Source of the DNA: a bacterium
GTDB lineage: Bacteria > Fidelibacterota > Marinisomatia > Marinisomatales > UBA1611
Assembly: GCA_038127595.1 (NCBI GenBank)
Contig: JAYPIC010000009.1
Location: forward strand, 1-43,774
Direction of reading: 5' to 3'
Length of the DNA: 43,774 nucleotides
Shown in pieces: positions 28,240 through 37,826 of the stretch (within the stretch, counting starts at the first letter, position 1; every line of letters begins with the position of its first letter). Position numbers and translations under genes: made by a program. The notes below the pieces were generated by a model. It was not told where the DNA came from, made no database searches, and saw only the letters and a list, made by a program, of their open reading frames with translations.

Positions 28240-31200
28240 TTATTTTAATAATATCATTTTCATTCTTTTAACATTCTCCCCATCGCTTATCTGGAAAAAA
28301 TAAACTCCTGAACTAACTAATTCACTTTTTTTATCATGACCTTCCCACTTAAAATGTTTTACTCCTGGTTCCTGATCATAAAATGACTTAGAAAAAATTT
28401 CTCTTCCAACAATGTCATAAATTTTAATTACAATATCGCTGGTTAAAGGAATTTCATACTTAATGGTGGTTTCATTATTAAAAGGGTTAGGGTAATTTTG
28501 AATAAGAGAAAATTTTTGCGGCAATACTTCCACATTGATTTTTTCCACACCATTTGATATTTCAGTTGAGACTGAATCAATAAATTTATATTTCATTAAA
28601 GATGAGATTGTTTTAAATGACCTATCTTTTAGCTTAAAAATGATTTTAGGTCCTAAACTATTTTTATCAGCTATGACAAAACTAGTAGAATTATAATTAG
28701 AATCAATTGCAGTGAAAGAAAACGTACTACTTTTTACATTACTAATAACAAGGTCATTGATATCAAAATTCGAATCAAAAAATGTAATTTCTGCACCATA
28801 TGAACTATTAGGAATCGATAAGCTTAGTTTATCGCGTTCCCAATCTATTTTCACATCATCATTTTGACTATGATTAAAGGCAAAAACTGAGTCTGCTTGG
28901 TATTCATGGTAATACCATATCCACATTTTCCCAAACGCGACCAGGTCATTAAGCTCGAACTTATTATCTGGGGTAGGAAACAAATATGGTGGCGAGCCAC
29001 TTATTGGTCCTAAATCTGTTTCAGATTGTAACCAACCTTGATTAAAAGCTAAAACATCTTCCACTGAAATCTTATAATCCCCATTCAAATCTCCCCAAAG
29101 TTTAGTTTTAAATATAATAGTATCAGTGTAATTCAATAAATTGAAAGCAAAAGCGGTATCTATATTTACAGTAATAGTTTCATAACTAGGAAGAATGTCG
29201 AGTATTGATATAATTATACCAGAATCTTGGATTGTTGAGGAGTAGTTAAGATTAGTATCTTGAGATGCGCTTACTCTAAAACCAAACTTTAAAATAGGTT
29301 TGTTAAACCCAATTTTTATCTGATCATTATTCAATACAGATAAAACTTGTAGCGAATCAAATAAAGGATAAATTGATTTTATGTCTGGTGCGGTATTATC
29401 AAACTCTACACCATCACTCTTAATTACAGCTGAAACATTTGTAGCAGAGTCTACAGCTCTTAGATATGCAAAATAACGTACATCTCGGTCTAGGTCTAAA
29501 CCCTGAATTTGCATATTGTCTGAAAAGTTGGATCTTTGCCAATTTGCAATATTTATTGTATCATTATTAGTACCAATTGACGTTTCATAATAATCAATTG
29601 CTTGATTATCAGTAAAATCTTTCCATCGTATAAACAGCTGCGTAGAATCCGCGGTATAGTCAATATCATCATCTAAAAACCCATCCCATACATCTCCAGC
29701 AACCGGAGGTACTAAATCTATAGTTATTCCATTACCCCAAAGTGAATCAGATATGTTCCCTACATTATCCTCTAAATAAATTGATCCATAATACTTTGAA
29801 TTGTTCTGCAAATTAATAGATGTTAATGATGATTCATCATCTCCACTAGCTATAGTCCAATTAACGACATCAACCAATCCAGAATCAGAACCAAGACCAA
29901 TATATGCTCTTTTTATTCCAGATTCTAATTCAACTTTCTGCCAAGAAAGTTGTAGAGAATCTCCATGTTTTGAATATACTTTATCTTCGTTTATTGAACC
30001 TTCAAAAATTGCAGACAACTGTGGAGCTGTCTTGTCAAAATATATTCTATCAATAATAGTATCAGCTTGATTACTAGCAGAATCCAATGCAACCATGCTT
30101 AATAAAATTCTGCCATTATCATTCAAATTAGAGAATGAATAGTTATATGAAAAATTTTGATCAGCCCCATTCATTATAATACTATCTCCATCTACTGTGG
30201 TTGAAATAGATCTAAGCTTTTCATCAAGTACAAAACTAATTGTGCCTACATCATTCACCTTTGCTAAAGAATCACCATAAGTATTATTTGATAAAAATGA
30301 TGCTTGAGTTATACGAGGTTTGGTTTTGTCAAATATAACTTTACTTTCATCCGTAGTTGTTTGAACGGGTGAACCGTTATTTCCAGCTTGGCTGCCAATG
30401 TCATAAAACAATATCTCTAGAGGCACGCTACCCTCAATATCAGATTCATCCATAATATAAAACCCAGTGTACGTAGTTGTATTTGGAACATTACTGACTT
30501 CAACAGAATTCTCTCCAATCTTTAAAGATGAAAATGGAGCTACGGCATCAGCAGGTGAACCAACTATTTTTAAAGGCTCATTTACTACAAAATAAACAAA
30601 TACACTATCTCCAACTTTCGCCCATGAAGAGTCTTGATTAGATGAAAACATTTTCACCGAAACCATTTCTGGAGGACCAATGTCAATACTTACAAAACTA
30701 TCATCCGATGTGGTGCTATCAGTCAAGCCAATATTACCTGGACAGTCAATGAAATCAATAGTAAATGGTAAAAAGCCTCCAGTAAGCATATCTGAATCTT
30801 GTATGGTGTAAGTAGCTGAATACACTCCTCCACTTTCTGTAACTGCAACAGAAGCACCTGACATTACTACATCCGCAGATGAAAGTGGTTCAACTGATTC
30901 AAAAGTAAGTGTTACTATATCACCTAATACGGCTATTGATGAATAACTATTGTTTGACCCTATATGTACATAATCAAGTATAGGTAAAGTTTGATCAAGA
31001 TTTACACTAGAACCATCTGTTGTAGTTATAATATCATCACTTACATTTCCAGTAAGATCTGTAACCTGAATTAAAAATGACACATCTCCTTCAGTGTCTT
31101 CTGATGTTAACTGATAATCGATTCTATAGTTGTCAGATCCCTCATTTATAACTAAAACTGTATCACTCATAACAATAGCAAATGTAGATAGCAAAGGCTC

Positions 31201-34200
31201 TAGGCTGGTAAAATTTATTGTAATAATATTTTCTGCTTTTGCTATCGATCCAGATGAGCAAAGATTATCTGAAATAATAGTAACAGGACTAAGTGTTGGC
31301 TTTGTTTTATCAAAAACAACTTGGGAAGCATCAGTAGTAGAGTTATTACCATTTAGTGGATTACCTTGTGCATCGATAAATGAAATTTCAAACTCTATAA
31401 CACCTTCAGAATCACCTTCATCCATCACATACACTGCTAAGAACTGATTACCACCTAAGCTTGTAATTATTGCATTCTGACCAGATATAGTTGCTGTAGT
31501 ATCAATCAGATTTTCACTGGTCGTAAATGAGACCGAAACTGTATCTCCTACCTTAGCTAAAGCAGTATTATTATTACTTGAAAGAATTGATATCGGCGTA
31601 ATACTCGCAGGAGTCTCATCAATTAAGATTTCAATAATACTTTGTGAGCCTTCAGTGATATTTCCAGGGCGGTCACTCATCACAGCTTTAACATAAATTC
31701 TCTGGCCTTCTGAAAAACCTGTTAAGCCTTCAATGAGTGTACTTGAGACAGAAATTATTTTATTTGCATTTATTTCATTTGAAAGAATAGTGGAGATAGA
31801 GCCAAGAACTTCGAAGCTATTAGATCCAACCTTGCCATAAAGCTGGACAGTTCCGTTTTTTAAAGTAGTATCATTTGCAACAGGGATAATGATATCCATT
31901 CCTGTATTTGTCAAATTCCACATCCCATCTACCTGATTACCACCCGTAGCTTTTAGCAGACCAACGGTAAAATCTGCAGGAGGAGTTTTATCAAAGATAA
32001 CTTTTGTGTTGTTTGTTGAAGCAGTAATTGGAGTTCCTTCGTTACCCGCAAGATCTGAAAATTGAATCTCAAAATTTGCTTCGCCTTCTATATCAGAATC
32101 ATTAGGGACATAAATAGCTTTATAATTATTGCCTTGAGGATTTGAAACAATAGAAGTTTGATTTAAAATAGAAACCGTTGGGATTAAAATCTCTTCATTT
32201 GATGTAAAAGATATTATTATTGAATCGCCAACTTTTGCCCAAGCAATATCTGCATTATTTGAAGCAGCATTTACATTTGTAAGTTGTGGTGGAGTTTTAT
32301 CGTAGGTCACCTGAGAACCATCAGTAGTACTACCATAGCTACCTGGATTCCCCATGTAATCAGTAGCATTTATTATAAAATCAAGAACTCCTTCAGGTTC
32401 TGAGCCTGTCAAAGTGTATTCTGCTTTAAATTGCTCTCCTCCTACATTAGAGTCTATTGCACCATTACTTTCAATTAAACTTTCAGTAGAAATTATATCT
32501 TCATCATAAGACATGGTCAAAGTAATAATATCACCAGTTTTTGCATAAATTGAATTGGAATTGTTTGAAATAATATTGACTAAAGTAGGTTCATTTGCTA
32601 TTAAATCTATCTCTAAAACCATAGCGCTTGTATCGCCTAGAGACTGATTACCTGACTGGTCATATAACACGGCAGATATCATTGCATTTTCTCCATGTTG
32701 ATACCCAGCGACATTAGAAAAATTATCTGATGTCCCTGAAATATTTTTTTGATTCGCATTATAATCAGCCAATGTTATCTCTTGAAAAGAATCAAAAGTT
32801 TCAAATTCACTGGTGCCAATTTTTGCTCTTAGTTTGTAATTAGATCCAATAATAACTGTATTATCATAAACAGGGGATGAAAAATTAATTGGAGAATTCA
32901 AAGTTGTAAAAGATGCGCCATTTAATGTTCCATCTATCTGATTACTTGTTTCATCACTAAGGTTAAGCCCTGACGATTCATCAGCCTTCCAATAACCTAC
33001 CAAACCGTTTTCATTTCCCTCAAGAGAAATACCTTTATTCCCCTTGATCTGAGAGCTTGAGCGGGACGTGTTCCAAAGCCTGACTTCATCTATGTTGCCA
33101 CTAAAATAATAATCAGTCTCGCCTTTATTAAATGACCCTATATGTAAATCCCCAGAGTTATCCGCCCAGACAATTGAGCCAGAAATATTTTTTTCTTCTG
33201 CTAAGGTTCCATTCTTATATAAACTGAGCTTCGATCCATTATAGGTTGCTGCAAGATGCGTCCACTGCCCTGCGGGCGCTGAAGCATATGGTAAGCTGGT
33301 CCATTGAGACACTGAATTTGATTGAGTTTTTATAAAGAATCTCCAGCCAGTAGCATAATAAGCAAAACCATAACCGTATTGACTGCTCCCATCTTTACCA
33401 AAACTAATTATACCTCTATAATTATCTGAACCTGTACTGTTTGGCTTTATCCAAGCCTCTACTGTGAATTGGTTTGAGAATTTATAAATTGAATTTCCAC
33501 TTACCACAACTCGATCATTCACTCCATCAAAGGCTACTGAATTACCCTGAAAATAATTAAAATCAATCACAGCAGAATCTTCAGGTACTGTCACATCAAT
33601 ATCTAAACCAGTATTTGTACTATTCCACTTACCTGAAAAAACATTCCCTCCTTGAGTAGTTACTATATCTGCAACATCAAATGGTGGTGGTGGAGTTCTA
33701 TCAATCGTTACTCTACTATCATTAGTCGTATTTTTAACAGTAGCACCATCAATTGCACCATCCAAAGCAGTAAAATCAATGGAAAATGTCAAAGGCCCAT
33801 CATCATCAAAACTATTTACAATGTATTGAGTGGAATATGCATTCCCTCCTTGCGGGACAACAACTGTCTCAGATCCGTTAATTTGTACATAAGGCAATGT
33901 AAGAAGATCTTGCTCACTAGTAAAACTAAGTGTGACCTCATCTCCTTCAACAGCAGACTGATTATCTGTCGAATTATTGGATTGGATGTTAACATAAGAT
34001 AGTTTAGGTAGAGTTATGACTTTAACGTTGTCGATAATCCATGCATCTATAAAATATGAGTCTGTGCCATAAGCTCTCCATTTCAGTTTTAAAACTCCAG
34101 ATTCTGTGTCCACAATAAAAGTTTCAGTTCTTAAAGTCGCATCGAAATCTTGCCCTGCACCTACTCCTCCAACTTCATATTTTAGCATCTCTACCCAACC

Positions 34201-34671
34201 ACTTCCGCCATCTGCTTCGATAGCCATACCATTTATATGAGCCGTAGGATTATCCCAATAATCTAATGAGAATGTAAACTCTACCATTACAGCTGTATTA
34301 TTACCAACATTGATATCGGGGCTTTGCAAACTTAATTCATACGAGGTCTCCAAAGCAGATTGAGGATCGTTAACTGCCTCATCAGGATGTGTGCTCCCAA
34401 TGTAAACATTATTTGGCAAGGGTATTCTAGGGAAATAATGAAAAACTGCTGCAGGCGGAGTAAACCCTTGTTCAAACTGAAAATCGCTAGCAACTCTCCA
34501 ATTATTTTGACCGAAAGAAGTATAGACCTCCCCTGTTTCAGGGTCTATATACTGGTCAAAAGTCCATCCAGATGGCCAAGTTCCTTCATTGTCAAATGTT
34601 TCAGTAAATAATACATCTGCCTGTAGGTAAAAATTCCAAAAAAGAACTGCAACAAAGAGCTTTTTCATCAT
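28240..34671 (-). CDS. 2143-aa exported multi-domain surface protein (adhesin-like)
   Basis: Signal peptide; N-terminal beta-sandwich (F..TFD....PSGW...LQSP.I...WIIDNV); 8 Ig-like repeats S.N....AK.GD...F...D.T.P; LamG domain (FTVEAWIKP...WTHLAATY...G.IDEVRLWN); two FN3-like units; dockerin-like GDLNGDYKISVEDV; C-terminal QNYPNPFN...SGVYF...KMILLK sorting/FlgD-Ig domain. Confidence 0.88.
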   Translation of the reverse strand: MMKKLFVAVLFWNFYLQADVLFTETFDNEGTWPSGWTFDQYIDPETGEVYTSFGQNNWRVASDFQFEQGFTPPAAVFHYFPRIPLPNNVYIGSTHPDEAVNDPQSALETSYELSLQSPDINVGNNTAVMVEFTFSLDYWDNPTAHINGMAIEADGGSGWVEMLKYEVGGVGAGQDFDATLRTETFIVDTESGVLKLKWRAYGTDSYFIDAWIIDNVKVITLPKLSYVNIQSNNSTDNQSAVEGDEVTLSFTSEQDLLTLPYVQINGSETVVVPQGGNAYSTQYIVNSFDDDGPLTFSIDFTALDGAIDGATVKNTTNDSRVTIDRTPPPPFDVADIVTTQGGNVFSGKWNSTNTGLDIDVTVPEDSAVIDFNYFQGNSVAFDGVNDRVVVSGNSIYKFSNQFTVEAWIKPNSTGSDNYRGIISFGKDGSSQYGYGFAYYATGWRFFIKTQSNSVSQWTSLPYASAPAGQWTHLAATYNGSKLSLYKNGTLAEEKNISGSIVWADNSGDLHIGSFNKGETDYYFSGNIDEVRLWNTSRSSSQIKGNKGISLEGNENGLVGYWKADESSGLNLSDETSNQIDGTLNGASFTTLNSPINFSSPVYDNTVIIGSNYKLRAKIGTSEFETFDSFQEITLADYNANQKNISGTSDNFSNVAGYQHGENAMISAVLYDQSGNQSLGDTSAMVLEIDLIANEPTLVNIISNNSNSIYAKTGDIITLTMSYDEDIISTESLIESNGAIDSNVGGEQFKAEYTLTGSEPEGVLDFIINATDYMGNPGSYGSTTDGSQVTYDKTPPQLTNVNAASNNADIAWAKVGDSIIISFTSNEEILIPTVSILNQTSIVSNPQGNNYKAIYVPNDSDIEGEANFEIQFSDLAGNEGTPITASTNNTKVIFDKTPPADFTVGLLKATGGNQVDGMWNLTNTGMDIIIPVANDTTLKNGTVQLYGKVGSNSFEVLGSISTILSNEINANKIISVSSTLIEGLTGFSEGQRIYVKAVMSDRPGNITEGSQSIIEILIDETPASITPISILSSNNNTALAKVGDTVSVSFTTSENLIDTTATISGQNAIITSLGGNQFLAVYVMDEGDSEGVIEFEISFIDAQGNPLNGNNSTTDASQVVFDKTKPTLSPVTIISDNLCSSGSIAKAENIITINFTSLEPLLSTFAIVMSDTVLVINEGSDNYRIDYQLTSEDTEGDVSFLIQVTDLTGNVSDDIITTTDGSSVNLDQTLPILDYVHIGSNNSYSSIAVLGDIVTLTFESVEPLSSADVVMSGASVAVTESGGVYSATYTIQDSDMLTGGFLPFTIDFIDCPGNIGLTDSTTSDDSFVSIDIGPPEMVSVKMFSSNQDSSWAKVGDSVFVYFVVNEPLKIVGSPADAVAPFSSLKIGENSVEVSNVPNTTTYTGFYIMDESDIEGSVPLEILFYDIGSQAGNNGSPVQTTTDESKVIFDKTKPRITQASFLSNNTYGDSLAKVNDVGTISFVLDEKLRSISTTVDGDSIIMNGADQNFSYNYSFSNLNDNGRILLSMVALDSASNQADTIIDRIYFDKTAPQLSAIFEGSINEDKVYSKHGDSLQLSWQKVELESGIKRAYIGLGSDSGLVDVVNWTIASGDDESSLTSINLQNNSKYYGSIYLEDNVGNISDSLWGNGITIDLVPPVAGDVWDGFLDDDIDYTADSTQLFIRWKDFTDNQAIDYYETSIGTNNDTINIANWQRSNFSDNMQIQGLDLDRDVRYFAYLRAVDSATNVSAVIKSDGVEFDNTAPDIKSIYPLFDSLQVLSVLNNDQIKIGFNKPILKFGFRVSASQDTNLNYSSTIQDSGIIISILDILPSYETITVNIDTAFAFNLLNYTDTIIFKTKLWGDLNGDYKISVEDVLAFNQGWLQSETDLGPISGSPPYLFPTPDNKFELNDLVAFGKMWIWYYHEYQADSVFAFNHSQNDDVKIDWERDKLSLSIPNSSYGAEITFFDSNFDINDLVISNVKSSTFSFTAIDSNYNSTSFVIADKNSLGPKIIFKLKDRSFKTISSLMKYKFIDSVSTEISNGVEKINVEVLPQKFSLIQNYPNPFNNETTIKYEIPLTSDIVIKIYDIVGREIFSKSFYDQEPGVKHFKWEGHDKKSELVSSGVYFFQISDGENVKRMKMILLK

Positions 34672-35228
34672 TGAATAATTATGGAAGCTTCCCTAGTGCC
34701 ATTGATAGGTATGAAATTTTCATCAAATTTGACTATTTCACATAATGAAGTATCATAGCTAACAGTACTAGTACCAGTTGATTTTGGCTTGAACCAAATT
34801 TCTGCAATATGAGTTACGCTATCTATTGATACATCAGAAGTACTTAAATAGTATGCATATATATCTAATTGACCCGAATTTTCTGTGTAGGTGAAAAGCG
34901 GTGTTGTCCTATTTGAGTCCGTCATACTTCCTGGTCCAATCCATCCAGGAGCCAGAGAGTCAATTTCTAGCATAGAGTTGTCATATTGTATGTTTAGATG
35001 TGCCCCTGAAAAAGAAATAATTGATGTATCAGAAAAAACTATATACGCACCTAGTCTAATAGTATCTGTAAGTGTTTTAGTTTGCTGTTTTGGGAAGAAG
35101 ACTAAGGATGGTGGATAAACACCTAATTCTTCATTTGCCTCGTTGTCATTTGGATTATCTAAGTTATTATCATAAATAGTACAACTTAAAAAACTAAGAA
35201 TTAAAATAACTGTAAAATAAAGACGCAA
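34668..35228 (-). CDS. Cohesin-domain lipoprotein
   Basis: Likely TTG start at 35228 gives MRLYFTVILILSFLS-C (lipobox), then DNPND and a cohesin-like pattern L.F.P.......GAHLNIQYDNSMLEI...G...IAEIWFKPKSTGTSTVSY. The ORF-track start at 35267 overlaps the previous gene. Confidence 0.72.
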   Translation of the reverse strand: MRLYFTVILILSFLSCTIYDNNLDNPNDNEANEELGVYPPSLVFFPKQQTKTLTDTIRLGAYIVFSDTSIISFSGAHLNIQYDNSMLEIDSLAPGWIGPGSMTDSNRTTPLFTYTENSGQLDIYAYYLSTSDVSIDSVTHIAEIWFKPKSTGTSTVSYDTSLCEIVKFDENFIPINGTREASIIIQ

Positions 35229-35236
35229 ATGACCTG

Positions 35237-36130
35237 TTATTTTTGTTTTGGGATCGCAACATCCCATTTTTGAATAATATCTTTTTTAGGTCTTGGGCCA
35301 ACAATATATGCATGTATACCATTAATTAACCACAACGAACCTGATGCTATGCTAGTATAAATTAAAGCTGAATTATATTTTTTGTGTTTTTCCCACTCAC
35401 TATTTGATAAAACTCTATATTTATCAAATTCGATTTGCTCAGAAGATTCTTCATATAATTTTGAGTATTTTTTGAATTCTTGCACAGACTTATTGTAATT
35501 CAAATAACTGACTAAAACAGACGTTAATAGAACTGACTCCAGTCCAGAAAAAACAATTCCTGAATTATATGCATCAGAATAAAACTGACCCCAACCTGGT
35601 AATAATAATGACCTTGCCATAGCACCTTCAGGTGTTTTATCTTGAATGATTTGAGATGGCTCATTGTAGAGAACCTGCTTCCTTTGACTGACCCATTCTT
35701 TATCTACTTCTCTGAAAACATCCCCGATCCAAAGTTTCAATTCATTCATCTGTCCTTTATAATAATTTGTAATATCCACTATTCTTCTTTTTATTAATCC
35801 GCCTGACCTTGTATTGAACATTTGCCCTTCCAGCATAAATCTATTGCTATCTCCGCTAATTTGATGAAAGAGTATATAATCAACATCAAGCTCAGACCCT
35901 AGGTCTTTCACTAAGAACATTCGCCCTGATGCAGGATTTGTTAAACTGTCTAATGAGCCCAAAAAAGGATTAATATTTTCCCCTTTTACAAACTTTTTAC
36001 TTGGGAAATGATTTGCTACTGATGTACCAATTAAATCTTCATCATATTGATTAAAAATTAAAATCGAAGGTTTCTCAACATTTGAATAGATTACCTCAAT
36101 AGAAAAAAATATCAAAAAAAGAAATTTCAT
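35237..36130 (-). CDS. Exported protein with a CsgG/TolB-N-like domain and C-terminal DUF5683 domain
   Basis: LGSELDVDYIL..I......FMLEGQMFNTRSG..I pattern; KTPEGAMARSLLLPGWGQFY motif followed by hydrophobic helices. Confidence 0.68.
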   Translation of the reverse strand: MKFLFLIFFSIEVIYSNVEKPSILIFNQYDEDLIGTSVANHFPSKKFVKGENINPFLGSLDSLTNPASGRMFLVKDLGSELDVDYILFHQISGDSNRFMLEGQMFNTRSGGLIKRRIVDITNYYKGQMNELKLWIGDVFREVDKEWVSQRKQVLYNEPSQIIQDKTPEGAMARSLLLPGWGQFYSDAYNSGIVFSGLESVLLTSVLVSYLNYNKSVQEFKKYSKLYEESSEQIEFDKYRVLSNSEWEKHKKYNSALIYTSIASGSLWLINGIHAYIVGPRPKKDIIQKWDVAIPKQK

Positions 36131-36138
36131 TGCATTAC

Positions 36139-36816
36139 CTAAGGCTGAATAATCACGCCTCTTTTTAAATAGTACTGAAATGTGAGCGGCTGATCTGCAA
36201 CAATAGTCTGTTCATCAATAATATCACCTAGTCTATACACTCTTAGCTTATGATCACCTGCTTCAAGTTTCATTTTTATAGCATCTTCTGTCCACCTATG
36301 GTCATCATTGAGTTCGAAGATTAAACCTGCTTCATCAGTTTTAAATTTTATATCGTAAACGGGATTCATAAAAAAATCTAAATTAACAGATTTTGAAGGG
36401 TTTACATTTAGTTCATAGGAAATTGGAGCAAAACCTTCTTTATTAATTTCAAAAGTATGAAATCCTGATATTATCTTCTTTCCTAAGATCGGTGTCTTAC
36501 CTATTAACTTCCCATCAATAGACACTTCAACTCTCTCTGGGATGGTATTTATATTTAAGAGAACCTCAGTTTTAGGAAAACCCTTACCCACTATCTTCTC
36601 CTCTTTTTTATCATTGGTAGGAAGAGAATCACTCTCATTCTTTAAAACTAAATTAAGATTATCATTAATTTTTAATGATACTGAGTCAACATTAATCTCA
36701 TTAATTAAGGGTGGTTTTTTTTCAATAAGCTCAGGCTTAGGTCTTTTAAACATAAACCCACCTTGCCCAAAAGTATATGAGCCTACCAGAGCGAGAATAA
36801 ACAGTTTATAATGCAT
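36139..36816 (-). CDS. PEGA-domain exported protein
   Basis: LNINTIPERVEVSIDGKLIGKTP......GFHTFEINKEGF PEGA motif. The ATG at 36816 gives a clean signal peptide MHYKLFILALVGSYTFG. Confidence 0.82.
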   Translation of the reverse strand: MHYKLFILALVGSYTFGQGGFMFKRPKPELIEKKPPLINEINVDSVSLKINDNLNLVLKNESDSLPTNDKKEEKIVGKGFPKTEVLLNINTIPERVEVSIDGKLIGKTPILGKKIISGFHTFEINKEGFAPISYELNVNPSKSVNLDFFMNPVYDIKFKTDEAGLIFELNDDHRWTEDAIKMKLEAGDHKLRVYRLGDIIDEQTIVADQPLTFQYYLKRGVIIQP

Positions 36817-37768
36817 TATTGTTAGGCTCTTGTTCTTTAAAAATATTATCAAAAAATAATAGATCAGTATCTTCTCTATCTAACCAACCACTCATTTTGA
36901 CTCTATTCCCAGATGAAACTAAAATTTCTATTGTTCCATAGTATAGACTTTTTGAAACTTGTTCCACGGCAATAGGCTCACCTTTCGGCAATAAAAAAAG
37001 TGTAGATCCACCAATATGAGGTTTATCTCTGAAATGCACATTAGATTTATTAGTTATATACAAGTTTCCTAGATCCGCTAACTCTTGGCTCGGCCCAAGG
37101 CCTATATCAACCTTTAAGTTTTTTGTGTCTTTAAAACTTATATCTCTACGAAATGGAGAAAAAATTAACTTTTCGCCAGCGATGATCCTTAGAGCTTCTT
37201 CATCTTTGTATTCTCCCGAAATAGTAAGAATATATTCTCCATTATTTTTTGAATAAACTTTTTGCAGTAGTTCATTCCCTAAAAATATAGATACATCTAT
37301 ATCCGGTAATATTTCATCAGTAAGCGTATTTGAGACTAAACCTGCAATAGTTAGAGGCTGCTGCACAATGTGAATAGGGTCGAGAAAAATTTCTCCAAAA
37401 TCAACTCCTTCAAATGTTACTTTTTTACTACTGAAATCAGGATGATGAGGTATAATAAGGATAAAATTCTTTCTCCCCTCAGTACTTAGTACTCCTTGAG
37501 GTAAAAACGCTCTTGCTAGTTCAGTGGTTTTACTTTTAATTGTAATTAATGGATTTATACTGTCTCCATTAGCAAAAATTTGATATGATAATTCCTCTGG
37601 AACTATTCCAGGGAATACTAAAGGTGCTTTTATATCAATTTCCCCGTATTCATATGACACGGACACCATTGGCTGTCTATAATTATATATCACCTCTGGA
37701 TAGCTCGATGTTTTCATAGATGAACATCCGGTTAACCATATTATAAAGGCAACACTAATTAGGATCAA
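36806..37768 (-). CDS. Lipoprotein with a carboxypeptidase-regulatory-like domain and C-terminal SH3b-like domain
   Basis: LTGC lipobox; IAGLV...TDEILP...V......SKNNGEY.L; NVHFRDKP......L..LPKGE.I.V...GWL. Confidence 0.65.
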   Translation of the reverse strand: MILISVAFIIWLTGCSSMKTSSYPEVIYNYRQPMVSVSYEYGEIDIKAPLVFPGIVPEELSYQIFANGDSINPLITIKSKTTELARAFLPQGVLSTEGRKNFILIIPHHPDFSSKKVTFEGVDFGEIFLDPIHIVQQPLTIAGLVSNTLTDEILPDIDVSIFLGNELLQKVYSKNNGEYILTISGEYKDEEALRIIAGEKLIFSPFRRDISFKDTKNLKVDIGLGPSQELADLGNLYITNKSNVHFRDKPHIGGSTLFLLPKGEPIAVEQVSKSLYYGTIEILVSSGNRVKMSGWLDREDTDLLFFDNIFKEQEPNNNAL

Positions 37769-37826
37769 ATTTCTTTTAGAGAAAACTAAAATAATATTAT
37801 ACCTCAGATTGTAAATTAAATTGTAC

